From IMG/VR virus record IMGVR_UViG_3300020810_001156, positions 124,001-188,000 of that record: a stretch of DNA of 64,000 bases, one strand, 5' to 3'. Position 1 is the stretch's first letter. Each line of letters begins with the position of its first letter. Under the pieces are notes generated by a model. It saw only the letters and a list, made by a program, of their open reading frames with translations, was not told the origin of the DNA and did no database searches. Of the stretch, positions 11,201 through 18,081 are shown one piece after another. The translations under genes and the position numbers were made by a program.

Positions 11201-14200
11201 TTCTCAGGAAAAGCTGAATTAAGTGGTAGTTTAAATGTAACTGGAAGTTTAGTTGTAACTGGTAGTGTATTCTTAGATTTAGAAACTGGTAGTTCCAATG
11301 ATTTAGTAATCTATGATACAACTAATAAAAAATTACAAACTAAGAGTATAGCTGAAGTAGCTGGTACTTCTGGTACAACAGGTACTGCTGGTACATCTGG
11401 TACTGCTGGAACAACTGGTTCATCAGGTACAACTGGTTCTTCTGGTACATCTGGTATAGATGGTACTTCTGGAACATCAGGTACTGATGGAACTTCAGGT
11501 AGTTCTGGTACAACTGGTTCTTCTGGTACAACTGGTTCAGCGGGGACATCTGGTTCTTCTGGAACCTCAGGTTCAGATGGTACTTCTGGTTCTTCTGGAA
11601 CTTCGGGTTCATCTGGTTCAAGTGGAAGTAGTGGTACTACTGGTAGTAGTGGTACAACTGGTTCAGCGGGGACATCTGGTTCTTCTGGAACTTCTGGGAC
11701 AAGTGGAAGTAGTGGTACTTCTGGTTCAACTGGTACTGCTGGAACATCGGGTACTTCTGGGACAAGTGGAAGTAGTGGTTCAAGTGGAACATCTGGTATC
11801 GAAGGTGGTGGAATGTTTGTGGTTAGAAGTAATGGGTTTGTATATAATATAGATGGTACTTCTGGAGATTTCCCAACCCTAACAGTGGTAAGAGGGGAAT
11901 TATTCTACTTTGATGTAAGTAATGTAAGTTCATCGCATCCATTCGCATTGAGATTGGCAGATGGTAATACATCAGCAGTTCCGGGTACTACAAACAATGA
12001 CCCAACAAACGGAAATCATAGTACAAATGTATTAATAAAATATAGAGTACCTGAAAATGCACCTGATAGTATAGTTTATCAATGTGCTATTCATTCATCA
12101 ATGATTGGTACTATTGAGATAGTAGATAAAAATGGTTCTTCTGGTACATCGGCAACTTCTGGTACTTCTGGAACAAGCGGAACATCAGGAACATCAGGTA
12201 CTTCTGGTACTGATGGTTCGACCGGGTCTGCTGGTACATCTGGTACTGCTGGAACAACTGGTTCATCAGGTACAACTGGTTCATTTGGTACATCGGGTAG
12301 TAGTGGAACACGTGGTACATCGGGAACATCTGGTACTGATGGTTCTACTGGTTCAGCGGGTTCTACTGGTTCAGCTGGTTCATCGGGTACAACTGGTTCA
12401 ACAGGTACTTCGGGCTCTTCTGGTTCAAGTGGTACTTCTGGAACTTCAGGTACCGATGGTTCAACTGGTAGTGGGGGTACATCTGGTTCTTCTGGTTCAG
12501 CTGGAACTTCTGGAACAAGTGGTACATCCGGCTCAGCTGGTACATCAGGTACTTCTGGTTCTGCTGGTACATCGGGTAGTAGTGGAAGTAGTGGTTCAAC
12601 TGGTTCAAGTGGTACAACTGGTTCAGAGGGAACTTCAGGTTCTTCGGGTACATCTGGAACTTCTGGTTCATCGGGCTCAAGTGGAAGTAGTGGAAGTAGT
12701 GGTTCGACAGGTTCGGCTGGTACAAGTGGTATAGGTACTGATGGAACTTCGGGTTCTTCTGGTACAAATGGAACATCAGGTAGTAGTGGTACATCTTCAA
12801 CTTCTGGAACTTCGGGTTCAACGGGTTCAAGTGGTACAACTGGTTCTGAAGGAACAAGTGGAACTTCGGGCACATCAGGCACTGCTGGTACTTCTGGTTC
12901 TTCTTCAACTTCTGGTACAAGCGGAAGTAGTGGAACTTCAGCAACTTCTGGAACAAGCGGTACAAGTGGTACAAGTGGAACATCTGGTAGTGATGGTTCG
13001 ACAGGTTCTGCTGGTTCTGCTGGTTCATCGGGTTCATCTGGAACAAGCGGTAGTAGTGGTACAAGTGGGGCACAAGGTACAAGCGGTTCTGCTGGTACAA
13101 GTGGTTCAAGTGGTACATCTGGTGAGCAAGGAACTTCGGGTTCAGCTGGTACGTCTGGTTCTACTGGTTCAGCTGGTACAACAGGTTCTGCTGGTAGTAC
13201 TGGTTCAGCTGGTACTTCTGGAACAAGTGGTACTTCTGGTTCTGATGGTACATCTGGAACGAGTGGCTTAGATGGAACTGCTGGTACAAGTGGTAGTAGT
13301 GGAACTTCAGGTTCAACTGGTTCTGCTGGTACATCTGGAACTTCAGGAACAAATGGAACATCAGGTACTTCTGGTACTGATGGTACATCGGGAACTTCTG
13401 GAACAACAGGTTCAGCTGGTTCATCGGGTACATCAGGTTCATCTGGTGAGAGTGGAAGTAGTGGAACATCTGGTACTGATGGAAGTAGTGGAACTTCCGG
13501 CTCCGATGGAACATCGGGTACAACCGGAACTGCGGGTACGTCTGGTAGTGGAGGAACAACAGGTTCAGCTGGAACTTCTGGAACAAGCGCAACTTCAGGA
13601 ACTTCTGGAACAAGTGGTACATCTGGCTCATCAGGTTCAGCTGGTTCAGCTGGTTCAACTGGAACTGCTGGTAGTGGAGGTACATCAGGTACATCAGCTG
13701 AAGGTAGTAGTGGAACAAGTGGTACAACTGGAACTGGCGGAACAAGTGGTACAACAGGTAGTGGAGGAACTTCTGGAACTTCGGGTTCAGCAGGTTCAAC
13801 TGGAACGGGTGGTACATCAGGTACATCAGCTGAGGGGACTTCAGGTTCAGCGGGTACATCTGGTACAAATGGAACAAGTGGAACTTCAGGTACGGATGGA
13901 ACTTCTGGTTCAACTGGAACTGCTGGTAGTGGTGGTTCTTCTGGTACATCAGCTGAAGGAAGTAGTGGTACATCTGGAACATCTGGAATCAATGGAACAA
14001 GTGGTAGTGCTGGTACATCAGGTTCTTCATCAACTTCTGGAACATCTGGAACGAGTGGTTTAGATGGAACATTCTTTGGTAGTAGTGGAACAAGTGGTAC
14101 GGGCGGTTCAGCTGGTACATCAGGAGCTGGTACTGATGGTTCAGCGGGTACATCAGGTTCTTCTGGAACGAGTGGTTTAGATGGTACTTTCTTTGGTAGT

Positions 14201-15991
14201 AGTGGAACAAGCGGAACTTCAGCAACATCTGGCTCATCTGGTTCATCAGGAACATCTGGTTTAACTGGAACTTCTGGTAGTACAGGTTCATCGGGTACAT
14301 CAGCTGAAGGTACTTCAGGTTCTTCTGGTACAAGTGGTGCTGGGACATCTGGAACATCTGGAATCAATGGAACAAGCGGTTCAACTGGAACTGCTGGTAC
14401 TTCTGGATTAGATGGTACTTTCTTTGGTAGTAGTGGAACAACAGGTACTGGGGGTACTTCTGGTACTTCTGGAGCTGGTACTTCTGGTACTTCTGGTTTT
14501 GATGGTATAAATGGTACAGCTGGCACAAGCGGTGTTGATGGTACATTTTTTGGTACTAGTGGTACAACTGGTACATCAGGTTCTTCTGGTTCGACTGGTA
14601 CATCAGGTACAAGTGGTTTAGGTTCATCGGGTACTTCTGGTTTAGATGGCACTTTCTTCGGTTCAGCAGGTACTTCTGGTACATCTGGTGCTGGTACAAG
14701 CGGAAGTAGTGGTACAACTGGTACTTCGGGTTCTTCTGGTTTAGATGGAACTAACTTTGGTTCAGCTGGTACATCAGGTACTTCTGGTTCAACTGGAACT
14801 TCAGGTTCGGCTGGTACTTCTGGTTCGACTGGTACATCAGGTACAAGTGGTTTAGATGGAACTAACTTTGGTTCATCAGGTACTTCTGGTGTAACTGGTA
14901 CTTCTGGAACAACAGGTACTGATGGTTCATCTGGAACTTCTGGTTCTTCTGGTTTAGATGGTACAAATTTTGGTTCGGCAGGTTCATCAGGTACTTCTGG
15001 TATAACTGGTTCTTCAGGAACATCTGGTTCTGGTACTTCGGGTACTTCTGGATTGGGTACTAATGGTACATCAGGTACATCAGCTGAAGGTAGTAGTGGT
15101 TCTTCGGGTACATCAGGAGCTGGTACAGATGGTTCTGCTGGTAGTACTGGTTCAGCTGGTACTTCTGGAACAAGTGGTACTTCTGGTTTAAATGGAACAT
15201 TCTTCGGAAGTAGTGGTACATCGGCAACTTCTGGAACAACAGGTACTGATGGTTCATCTGGAACTGCTGGTTCTTCTGGTACAAGTGGATTAAATGGAAC
15301 ATTCTTCGGAAGTAGTGGTTCATCGGGTACAACTGGAACTGGTGGTACTTCGGGTGTAAGTGGTTCAGATGGAACATCTGGACTTGGTAGCAGTGGTACA
15401 TCGGGTACTTCTGCGATAGGTTCATCTGGAACTGGTGGTACATCGGGTACTTCTGGAGTTGATGCAACCGGAACCGCTGGTACATCGGGTACTTCTGGAG
15501 CTGGTACTTCTGGTACTTCTGGATTACTTGAGTTAAATGGTGTAACACCAAATGGTGTAATTACCTATAATGGTACTGGAAATGAAGCAACTGTTGAGAG
15601 TAATCTTATTTATGATGGAGTTACATTAGAAGTACCACAAATATCAGGTTCAGTTTATATTGAATCAAAAATCTTTATTGAACTTTATAAAGATTTAGGA
15701 GCTGGTGCCAATGTAACAATCGATTTAGAACAAGGAAATAACTTCGAATATGAAGTAAATAATAACTGTACATTTACATTCTCAAACCCACCAGGAAATC
15801 CAAAAGCATTTGGATTCACATTGGTGATAGAAAATGGTGGAGCATTTACAGTAAGTTGGCCAACTGGAGTATTGTGGGCAAATGGTAACGCACCAACGCT
15901 AACAACATCTGGTAAAGATATCTTAGTATTCTATACTTATGATACGGGAACAACTTATTATGGTTTCCTAAGTGCAGCAAATATGAGTTAA
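2219..15991 (+). CDS. giant fibre protein (4590 aa): ~70-aa SGS repeats, 3 cupredoxin-like domains, Gly-X-Y tract, C-terminal tail-fibre domain
   Basis: Many copies of FSGSG.GLFDIP.SAL...I.SGSVTASV.P..GF; HPF...Y.C..H..M.G motifs; GTS/GSS triplets; C-terminal FTFSNPP...VSWP..V.W..G.APTLT..G.DILVF. Confidence 0.85.
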   Translation: MGQLLSGKVKVTRPQDVSLDRYQYLSLSEAEPNLGVPESGSISSGSFALVASDDAGNRLFVTKIQLEEFSGSFSGSFQGDGSQLTNLPLVEDASRLISGSASASISPQTGFLVNTSGSFDGGLTVDGNGRFTGDLVVDNKIVAREILVEFISSSIFFSSGSNKFGDELTDRQEFTGSVEITGSLTTDGVVEIPFDSAGFFSGSGEGLTNIPRSALTEDALVTNKITSGSVTASVDPQRGFILEDTEGDVKAEFSGSVFVSSSVSASIFSGSGAGLFDIPRSALTEDALVTNKITSGSVTASVSPDEGFKVESLESGSQITGSIKVSGSITLADGESYSGSGANLFDIPLSALSTETLIATSLESGSVTASVSPDEGFKVESLESGSQITGSIRISGSITLSDGETYSGSGADLFDIPRSALTEDALVTNQITSGSVTASVSPQGFFKVESTGSVKTELSGSLFVSGGISGSFFSGSGAGLFDIPLSALAEEVVAATKIQDGNVTASVDEQNGFIVISEASGSQFTGSLFVSGGVTLEDGIYTGDGSGLFNIPISNLAGDSPRIASGSATASVDPEDGFKFFGADRAEFSSSLFVSESIEAKEISGSFSGSGANLFDIPESALSFEISKITSGSVTASVDAEDGFVVTSIASGSTFFGEVRVESGSSYSGSGAKLFDIPVAAIVDLDTSLIFSGSITASTNPEDGFVVTSIESGSTFFGDVKLSSGSVFSGSGRDLFDIPRSALTEDALLSSFIASGSVTASVSPVFGFRLEGTNRAEFSSSVFVESGVSASVFSGSGAGLTDIPESALAFDINKISSGSATASISPNEGFVVNTFSKFEFPVSASMFSGSGAGLFDIPQSALTEEAFRIASGSATASVSPNLGFVVNTSSLFEQDVRIDSDLVVTGRITTNELYTNFISSSIVYSSGSNIFGDSAEDKQTLIGETEIVGNVTASGIISSSFEGDGSRLFNIPLNALSEEAFRIASGSVSASLLYKSGSDEPSLFRVEDTTRKEIRTELSGSLGVSGSLSASMFSGSGEGLFDIPRSALAPDALLSNLIATGSITASLNPNGGMNVNTFTTITGGLFVKAEQTPGQAEVSLIELGDTTRISGSLFISESVTASLFQGDGSGLFNIPAAQLSGDSPRIASGSATASISPNLGFQVNVPATFDSSISASTTIFAKDVEVTDDVTADRFIGNEVSGAFSGSGRDLFDIPRSALTEDALLTNNITSGSITASVIVVPPESGSNIFRVEDSTGTTKSEFSGSVFVSESITSKFFIGDGSQLTNVQAEESPVIASGSATASVESGEFFIVNAGSGSQFTSSIDITGSVVISNDLTASKINVDELDATIITSEEFTGSFSGSFAGDGSQLNNIPFTSLSGDAPRIGSGSVTASTDPDRGFVVESLDSGSLFTGSLFVSGNVQINDGIFKGDGAGLFNIPQSALAEDSPRIASGSVTASVSPNLGFVVNTSGSIQGDLTIDNDLYVSGAINARELNVTFIDSVVITSSGSNTFGNSLDNRQEFTGSVFVTNSLDVDGVITGDGSGLFNIPQSALTEEAFRIASGSVSASVTPERGFFVESTESGSEFTGSVKISGSLDVNEGFKVGTDITASEGTVSASFFVGDGSQLTNLPAAEFAEEAKRIASGSATASISPNLGFVVNTTTNLEDDVRITGSFIVSSSNGFVDTGSINTTFNVINEGSSAYRFSGGVVGDNPTITIVRGLTYTFNVNAPSHPFYIKTQNSDGTEFEYSGSVITNNGTENGTITWIVSGSAPNTLYYNCENHLAMAGEFNIVDEIPLYGQIDLIGDTEVVGNLNITGSTFVTGNLDVSNTITANEVSASKFLGDFSGSFSGSGRDLFNIPLSALAEDVLPRSFIASGSVTASVSPNNGFEVNSSASIEGNLKVIGDTFVTGGLVISSSITEVEAVSQSFYITFNADSSSYLVDSVEEPTLTLVRGIEYTFNVNTPNYNFYLKTNNTTGSGDLFSTGVTNNGEDSGSIVFTVPQSAPGTLYYISEESSSLSGSIRVADNLNINERIAFEGKTEVSGNLDVSQTIIANDGSITNDLIVGDTTTTEKLVANHITASSITASYLDFINFDNGIQSVAGRLKWNETDGTLDLGMKGNEATLQLGQELYYPPVVNKDGNNLINGTLVMVDPAQPAQGNRIRVIKSVTDGTYAEDLLVGILTEPIDNNQEGFVTWFGYVRGVQINALESGSLKDSGSVWAEGDILYGDPQRPGGLTNVQPEAPNLKSSIAVVTAKNGNNVTLLVRPHLGDHLYDLHDVQITTSDAILVDSGSIKSDDGDLLVWNSGSQRWENTRENLELSGSFSGSFAGDGSQLTNISLANLSFDVNRLVTGSVTASVSNDGKFVVESTGSVRTELSGSLFVSESIEIGGIYTGDGSGLTNISLANLAFDVAQIVTGSVTASTNEDGRFIVEDPFGGVKSEFSGSVEISQSLNVGGVISGDGSGLTNISIANLAFDADRIATGSVTASIDESGFFRVFSTSSVKSEFSGSVFISESISASLFVGDGGGLFNIPAEALQDLELDRIKSGSGEAVIDPNQLTVNVPLSASLFRGDGGGLFNIPAESLTDLELDLITSGSTFAQVSDNNGFVVFAPESGSQLTGSLFVSGAISLISGSSFSGSGRNLFDIPADAIFDLDQTRITSGSVTASVSPVQGFVVNTSASIEGDLTVQNDITVNDITANDITASVFRGGLLSGSFEGAYRGEGDAEDREILIFDAASNKFVPVPESTPTTTEPFSNATEVTIVHNFDVAYPIVQVYETGSNGMIIPLAIESIDNNTVKVKFSGLTSGQIVVGSGGSKISGAISGDNVIGTVSSASYAIFAETAGTASSVAGLDSASLAALQDLENFVRNEQTASMTVLSSSFAITASYAENAEVSVDLSEYIQNSQTSSMSVATSSYSLFAVTASYALNAGAGGGGTDLYIFETGSVVNGLVGNMNFTGSGVSVTPSGSDGVLVEVLSNSTGDGFPFSGKAELSGSLNVTGSLVVTGSVFLDLETGSSNDLVIYDTTNKKLQTKSIAEVAGTSGTTGTAGTSGTAGTTGSSGTTGSSGTSGIDGTSGTSGTDGTSGSSGTTGSSGTTGSAGTSGSSGTSGSDGTSGSSGTSGSSGSSGSSGTTGSSGTTGSAGTSGSSGTSGTSGSSGTSGSTGTAGTSGTSGTSGSSGSSGTSGIEGGGMFVVRSNGFVYNIDGTSGDFPTLTVVRGELFYFDVSNVSSSHPFALRLADGNTSAVPGTTNNDPTNGNHSTNVLIKYRVPENAPDSIVYQCAIHSSMIGTIEIVDKNGSSGTSATSGTSGTSGTSGTSGTSGTDGSTGSAGTSGTAGTTGSSGTTGSFGTSGSSGTRGTSGTSGTDGSTGSAGSTGSAGSSGTTGSTGTSGSSGSSGTSGTSGTDGSTGSGGTSGSSGSAGTSGTSGTSGSAGTSGTSGSAGTSGSSGSSGSTGSSGTTGSEGTSGSSGTSGTSGSSGSSGSSGSSGSTGSAGTSGIGTDGTSGSSGTNGTSGSSGTSSTSGTSGSTGSSGTTGSEGTSGTSGTSGTAGTSGSSSTSGTSGSSGTSATSGTSGTSGTSGTSGSDGSTGSAGSAGSSGSSGTSGSSGTSGAQGTSGSAGTSGSSGTSGEQGTSGSAGTSGSTGSAGTTGSAGSTGSAGTSGTSGTSGSDGTSGTSGLDGTAGTSGSSGTSGSTGSAGTSGTSGTNGTSGTSGTDGTSGTSGTTGSAGSSGTSGSSGESGSSGTSGTDGSSGTSGSDGTSGTTGTAGTSGSGGTTGSAGTSGTSATSGTSGTSGTSGSSGSAGSAGSTGTAGSGGTSGTSAEGSSGTSGTTGTGGTSGTTGSGGTSGTSGSAGSTGTGGTSGTSAEGTSGSAGTSGTNGTSGTSGTDGTSGSTGTAGSGGSSGTSAEGSSGTSGTSGINGTSGSAGTSGSSSTSGTSGTSGLDGTFFGSSGTSGTGGSAGTSGAGTDGSAGTSGSSGTSGLDGTFFGSSGTSGTSATSGSSGSSGTSGLTGTSGSTGSSGTSAEGTSGSSGTSGAGTSGTSGINGTSGSTGTAGTSGLDGTFFGSSGTTGTGGTSGTSGAGTSGTSGFDGINGTAGTSGVDGTFFGTSGTTGTSGSSGSTGTSGTSGLGSSGTSGLDGTFFGSAGTSGTSGAGTSGSSGTTGTSGSSGLDGTNFGSAGTSGTSGSTGTSGSAGTSGSTGTSGTSGLDGTNFGSSGTSGVTGTSGTTGTDGSSGTSGSSGLDGTNFGSAGSSGTSGITGSSGTSGSGTSGTSGLGTNGTSGTSAEGSSGSSGTSGAGTDGSAGSTGSAGTSGTSGTSGLNGTFFGSSGTSATSGTTGTDGSSGTAGSSGTSGLNGTFFGSSGSSGTTGTGGTSGVSGSDGTSGLGSSGTSGTSAIGSSGTGGTSGTSGVDATGTAGTSGTSGAGTSGTSGLLELNGVTPNGVITYNGTGNEATVESNLIYDGVTLEVPQISGSVYIESKIFIELYKDLGAGANVTIDLEQGNNFEYEVNNNCTFTFSNPPGNPKAFGFTLVIENGGAFTVSWPTGVLWANGNAPTLTTSGKDILVFYTYDTGTTYYGFLSAANMS
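11363..15520 (+). repeat. Gly-X-Y (GTS/GSS/GSA/GTT) coding repeat, interrupted by a globular domain at ~11810-12130
   Basis: 9-nt periodic GGN-(A/T)CN-(TCN/AGY) pattern, visible in the translation. Confidence 0.95.
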
Positions 15992-16007
15992 CAAATAGTT
16001 ATATAAA

Positions 16008-16889
16008 ATGGGAATAGCAAGAAGATTAACAAGTGTAACAGGAGGAGAATTGGAATCATTTATTTTTAGAATAGTAACAACTTCGGCAAATCAAACATAT
16101 GAATTGCCTATCGCCGATTATGGGAGTAATACACCTAATTTTACAGTAAATTGGGATGATGGTACTGATAATGTAATACAATCTTCATCTGATGTGAATA
16201 AATTACATACTTTTAGTTCAGCCGGTACTTATGATATTGAATTAAATGGAACTGTACCTTCTTTTAAGGTAGATAACAATTCCTTATATAGAAGTTTATA
16301 TACAGCGGTTATTTCTTGGGGTCAATGCTCATTTAGAACTATAAACTTTCATGGTTGTAATAATTTAACATCATTACCAACTACTGATTTTGAAGGATTA
16401 AGTACTATATTTAATTTGGATAACTTTTTAAGAAGTAGTGGTATAACAACACTACCAACTGGTTTATTAGATTATATGGTAAATGTAACATCTTTGGTAG
16501 ATAGTTTTTCGTTTATGCAAATATCATCAATTCCAAGTGGATTTTTTGATAGTTGTACTCAAATAACATCATTCAACTCCACATTTAACCAATGTTTTAG
16601 TTTAAGTGCTATTCCATCTGGGTTATTTGATAATAATACAAATGTAACCAACTTTTCATCAACATTTAAAAGTTGTACATCAATTGGTTCAATCCCAACG
16701 GGATTATTCGATAATTGCACATCAGTTACAACATTTTTCTCAGTATTTAGAATGCCAACAACTTCTAATTCATTAGTTGGAAATGCTCCAGAACTTTGGA
16801 CTAGAAATCCAGTTCCGTTGGGATTATATGCATTTAGAAATGCAACGGGATTAAGTAATTACGCATCAATACCAGCAAATTGGAAATAA
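16008..16889 (+). CDS. BspA/LRR_5-type leucine-rich-repeat protein, putative fibre-tip adhesin
   Basis: Repeats IPSGLFDNNTNVTNFSSTFKSCTSI; PKD-like N-terminus (VNWDDG...HTFSSAGTYDI); lies directly after the fibre gene. Confidence 0.7.
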   Translation: MGIARRLTSVTGGELESFIFRIVTTSANQTYELPIADYGSNTPNFTVNWDDGTDNVIQSSSDVNKLHTFSSAGTYDIELNGTVPSFKVDNNSLYRSLYTAVISWGQCSFRTINFHGCNNLTSLPTTDFEGLSTIFNLDNFLRSSGITTLPTGLLDYMVNVTSLVDSFSFMQISSIPSGFFDSCTQITSFNSTFNQCFSLSAIPSGLFDNNTNVTNFSSTFKSCTSIGSIPTGLFDNCTSVTTFFSVFRMPTTSNSLVGNAPELWTRNPVPLGLYAFRNATGLSNYASIPANWK

Positions 16890-16901
16890 AAATATAAAGT
16901 T

Positions 16902-17360
16902 ATGTATATAAAAGTAAGCGGTTCAGAAATAACATATCCATACACCTTAGATAATTTAAGGAATGATAATACTAATGTTAGTTTTCCAAAAAACTTAACA
17001 AATGATATATTGGCATCTTTTCACACATATCCAATAATATATGTGGCTGTTGATATTGATTCCGATTATGAAAAAAATTATGTTGAAGGTACTCCAATTC
17101 AAAGCGGTTCTGTTTATGTTCAGAATTGGATAACTTCTTCGGCATCTGTTGAAGAAATTGCACAAAGAAAAGAAGAAAAGTGGACAGAAATTAGAGAAAT
17201 ACGAAATAATTTATTAAGTGAATGTGATTGGACACAAATGAATGATACTCCAATTAGTGGTTCTAAATTAACTGAATGGCAAACATACAGACAATCATTA
17301 AGAGATATTACATCCCAATCAAATCCATTTGAAATAACTTGGCCCACTAAGCCGGAGTAG
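16902..17360 (+). CDS. tail fibre assembly chaperone-like protein
   Basis: C-terminal W..IR..RN.LL.ECDWTQ..D...WQTYRQSLRDI...WPTKP signature. Confidence 0.8.
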   Translation: MYIKVSGSEITYPYTLDNLRNDNTNVSFPKNLTNDILASFHTYPIIYVAVDIDSDYEKNYVEGTPIQSGSVYVQNWITSSASVEEIAQRKEEKWTEIREIRNNLLSECDWTQMNDTPISGSKLTEWQTYRQSLRDITSQSNPFEITWPTKPE

Positions 17361-17408
17361 TAAACAAAAATTAGTTATATTTATACCTATAACCAATGGA
17401 TTAGATAA

Positions 17409-17726
17409 ATGAGAATAGATTCACCCATTTTTTCAGGTTCGATTGAACAATCGTTATCAGCATACGCTGATTTAAGTGGTTCGTTTACTGGTTCCTTTAC
17501 TGGTTCCTTTACTGGAGATATATCGGTAACTGAAGCAGAGTTTGATAGATTGATTGTAAACGATACAATTACAATTGGTGAAGAAAATACAAGTGGTACG
17601 TCTGTAATTGTTTCTCAATCCATTCAAGTTAGTGGTTCTGTTAACATTGGACCTGATGATTCGTTCAATGTTGATGGAGTAAATGTTTTAGATTCAGCAA
17701 TCGCTTTTGCAATTGCTTTGGGATAA
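17409..17726 (+). CDS. small virion connector protein
   Basis: SGSFTGSFTGSFTG repeat; C-terminal AIAFAIALG typical of small phage fibre connectors. Confidence 0.55.
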   Translation: MRIDSPIFSGSIEQSLSAYADLSGSFTGSFTGSFTGDISVTEAEFDRLIVNDTITIGEENTSGTSVIVSQSIQVSGSVNIGPDDSFNVDGVNVLDSAIAFAIALG

Positions 17727-17737
17727 AGGAATAAAAT

Positions 17738-18070
17738 ATGGCAAATACATTTAAAAATAGTATTAAAGGACCCGCTGGAACAGGCGGTTTATCAGTTTAT
17801 ACCTGTCCTGCTGCAACTTCGGCAACTGTGATTGGTGTAAATGTGGCAAATATAGTATCACAAAATATTAATGTAGATGTTCAGATAACTGATAACTCTG
17901 CATCGGTAACTAAATATTTATTAAAAGGTGCTGTAATTCCACAAGGTTCTTCAACAATATTGGTTGGTGGGGAGCAAAAAGTAGTATTAGAAGCAAACGA
18001 TTCAATAACTGTAACATCTTCGGTGAATTCATCGGCAGATGTTGTAGTATCAGTATTAGAAATTACATAA
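17738..18070 (+). CDS. small virion adaptor protein (~110 aa beta-sandwich)
   Basis: MANTFK...VYT.P...KVVLE.ND...DVVVSVLEIT family; precedes the giant fibre. Confidence 0.65.
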   Translation: MANTFKNSIKGPAGTGGLSVYTCPAATSATVIGVNVANIVSQNINVDVQITDNSASVTKYLLKGAVIPQGSSTILVGGEQKVVLEANDSITVTSSVNSSADVVVSVLEIT

Positions 18071-18081
18071 AGTAATAATGT

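Noticed and set aside
12091-14652. 853-aa Pro/Val/Glu-rich ORF on the minus strand, plus nested ORFs in other frames
   Set aside because: Antisense shadow of the Gly/Ser/Thr codon repeat, which lacks stops in alternative frames; no independent expression signals.
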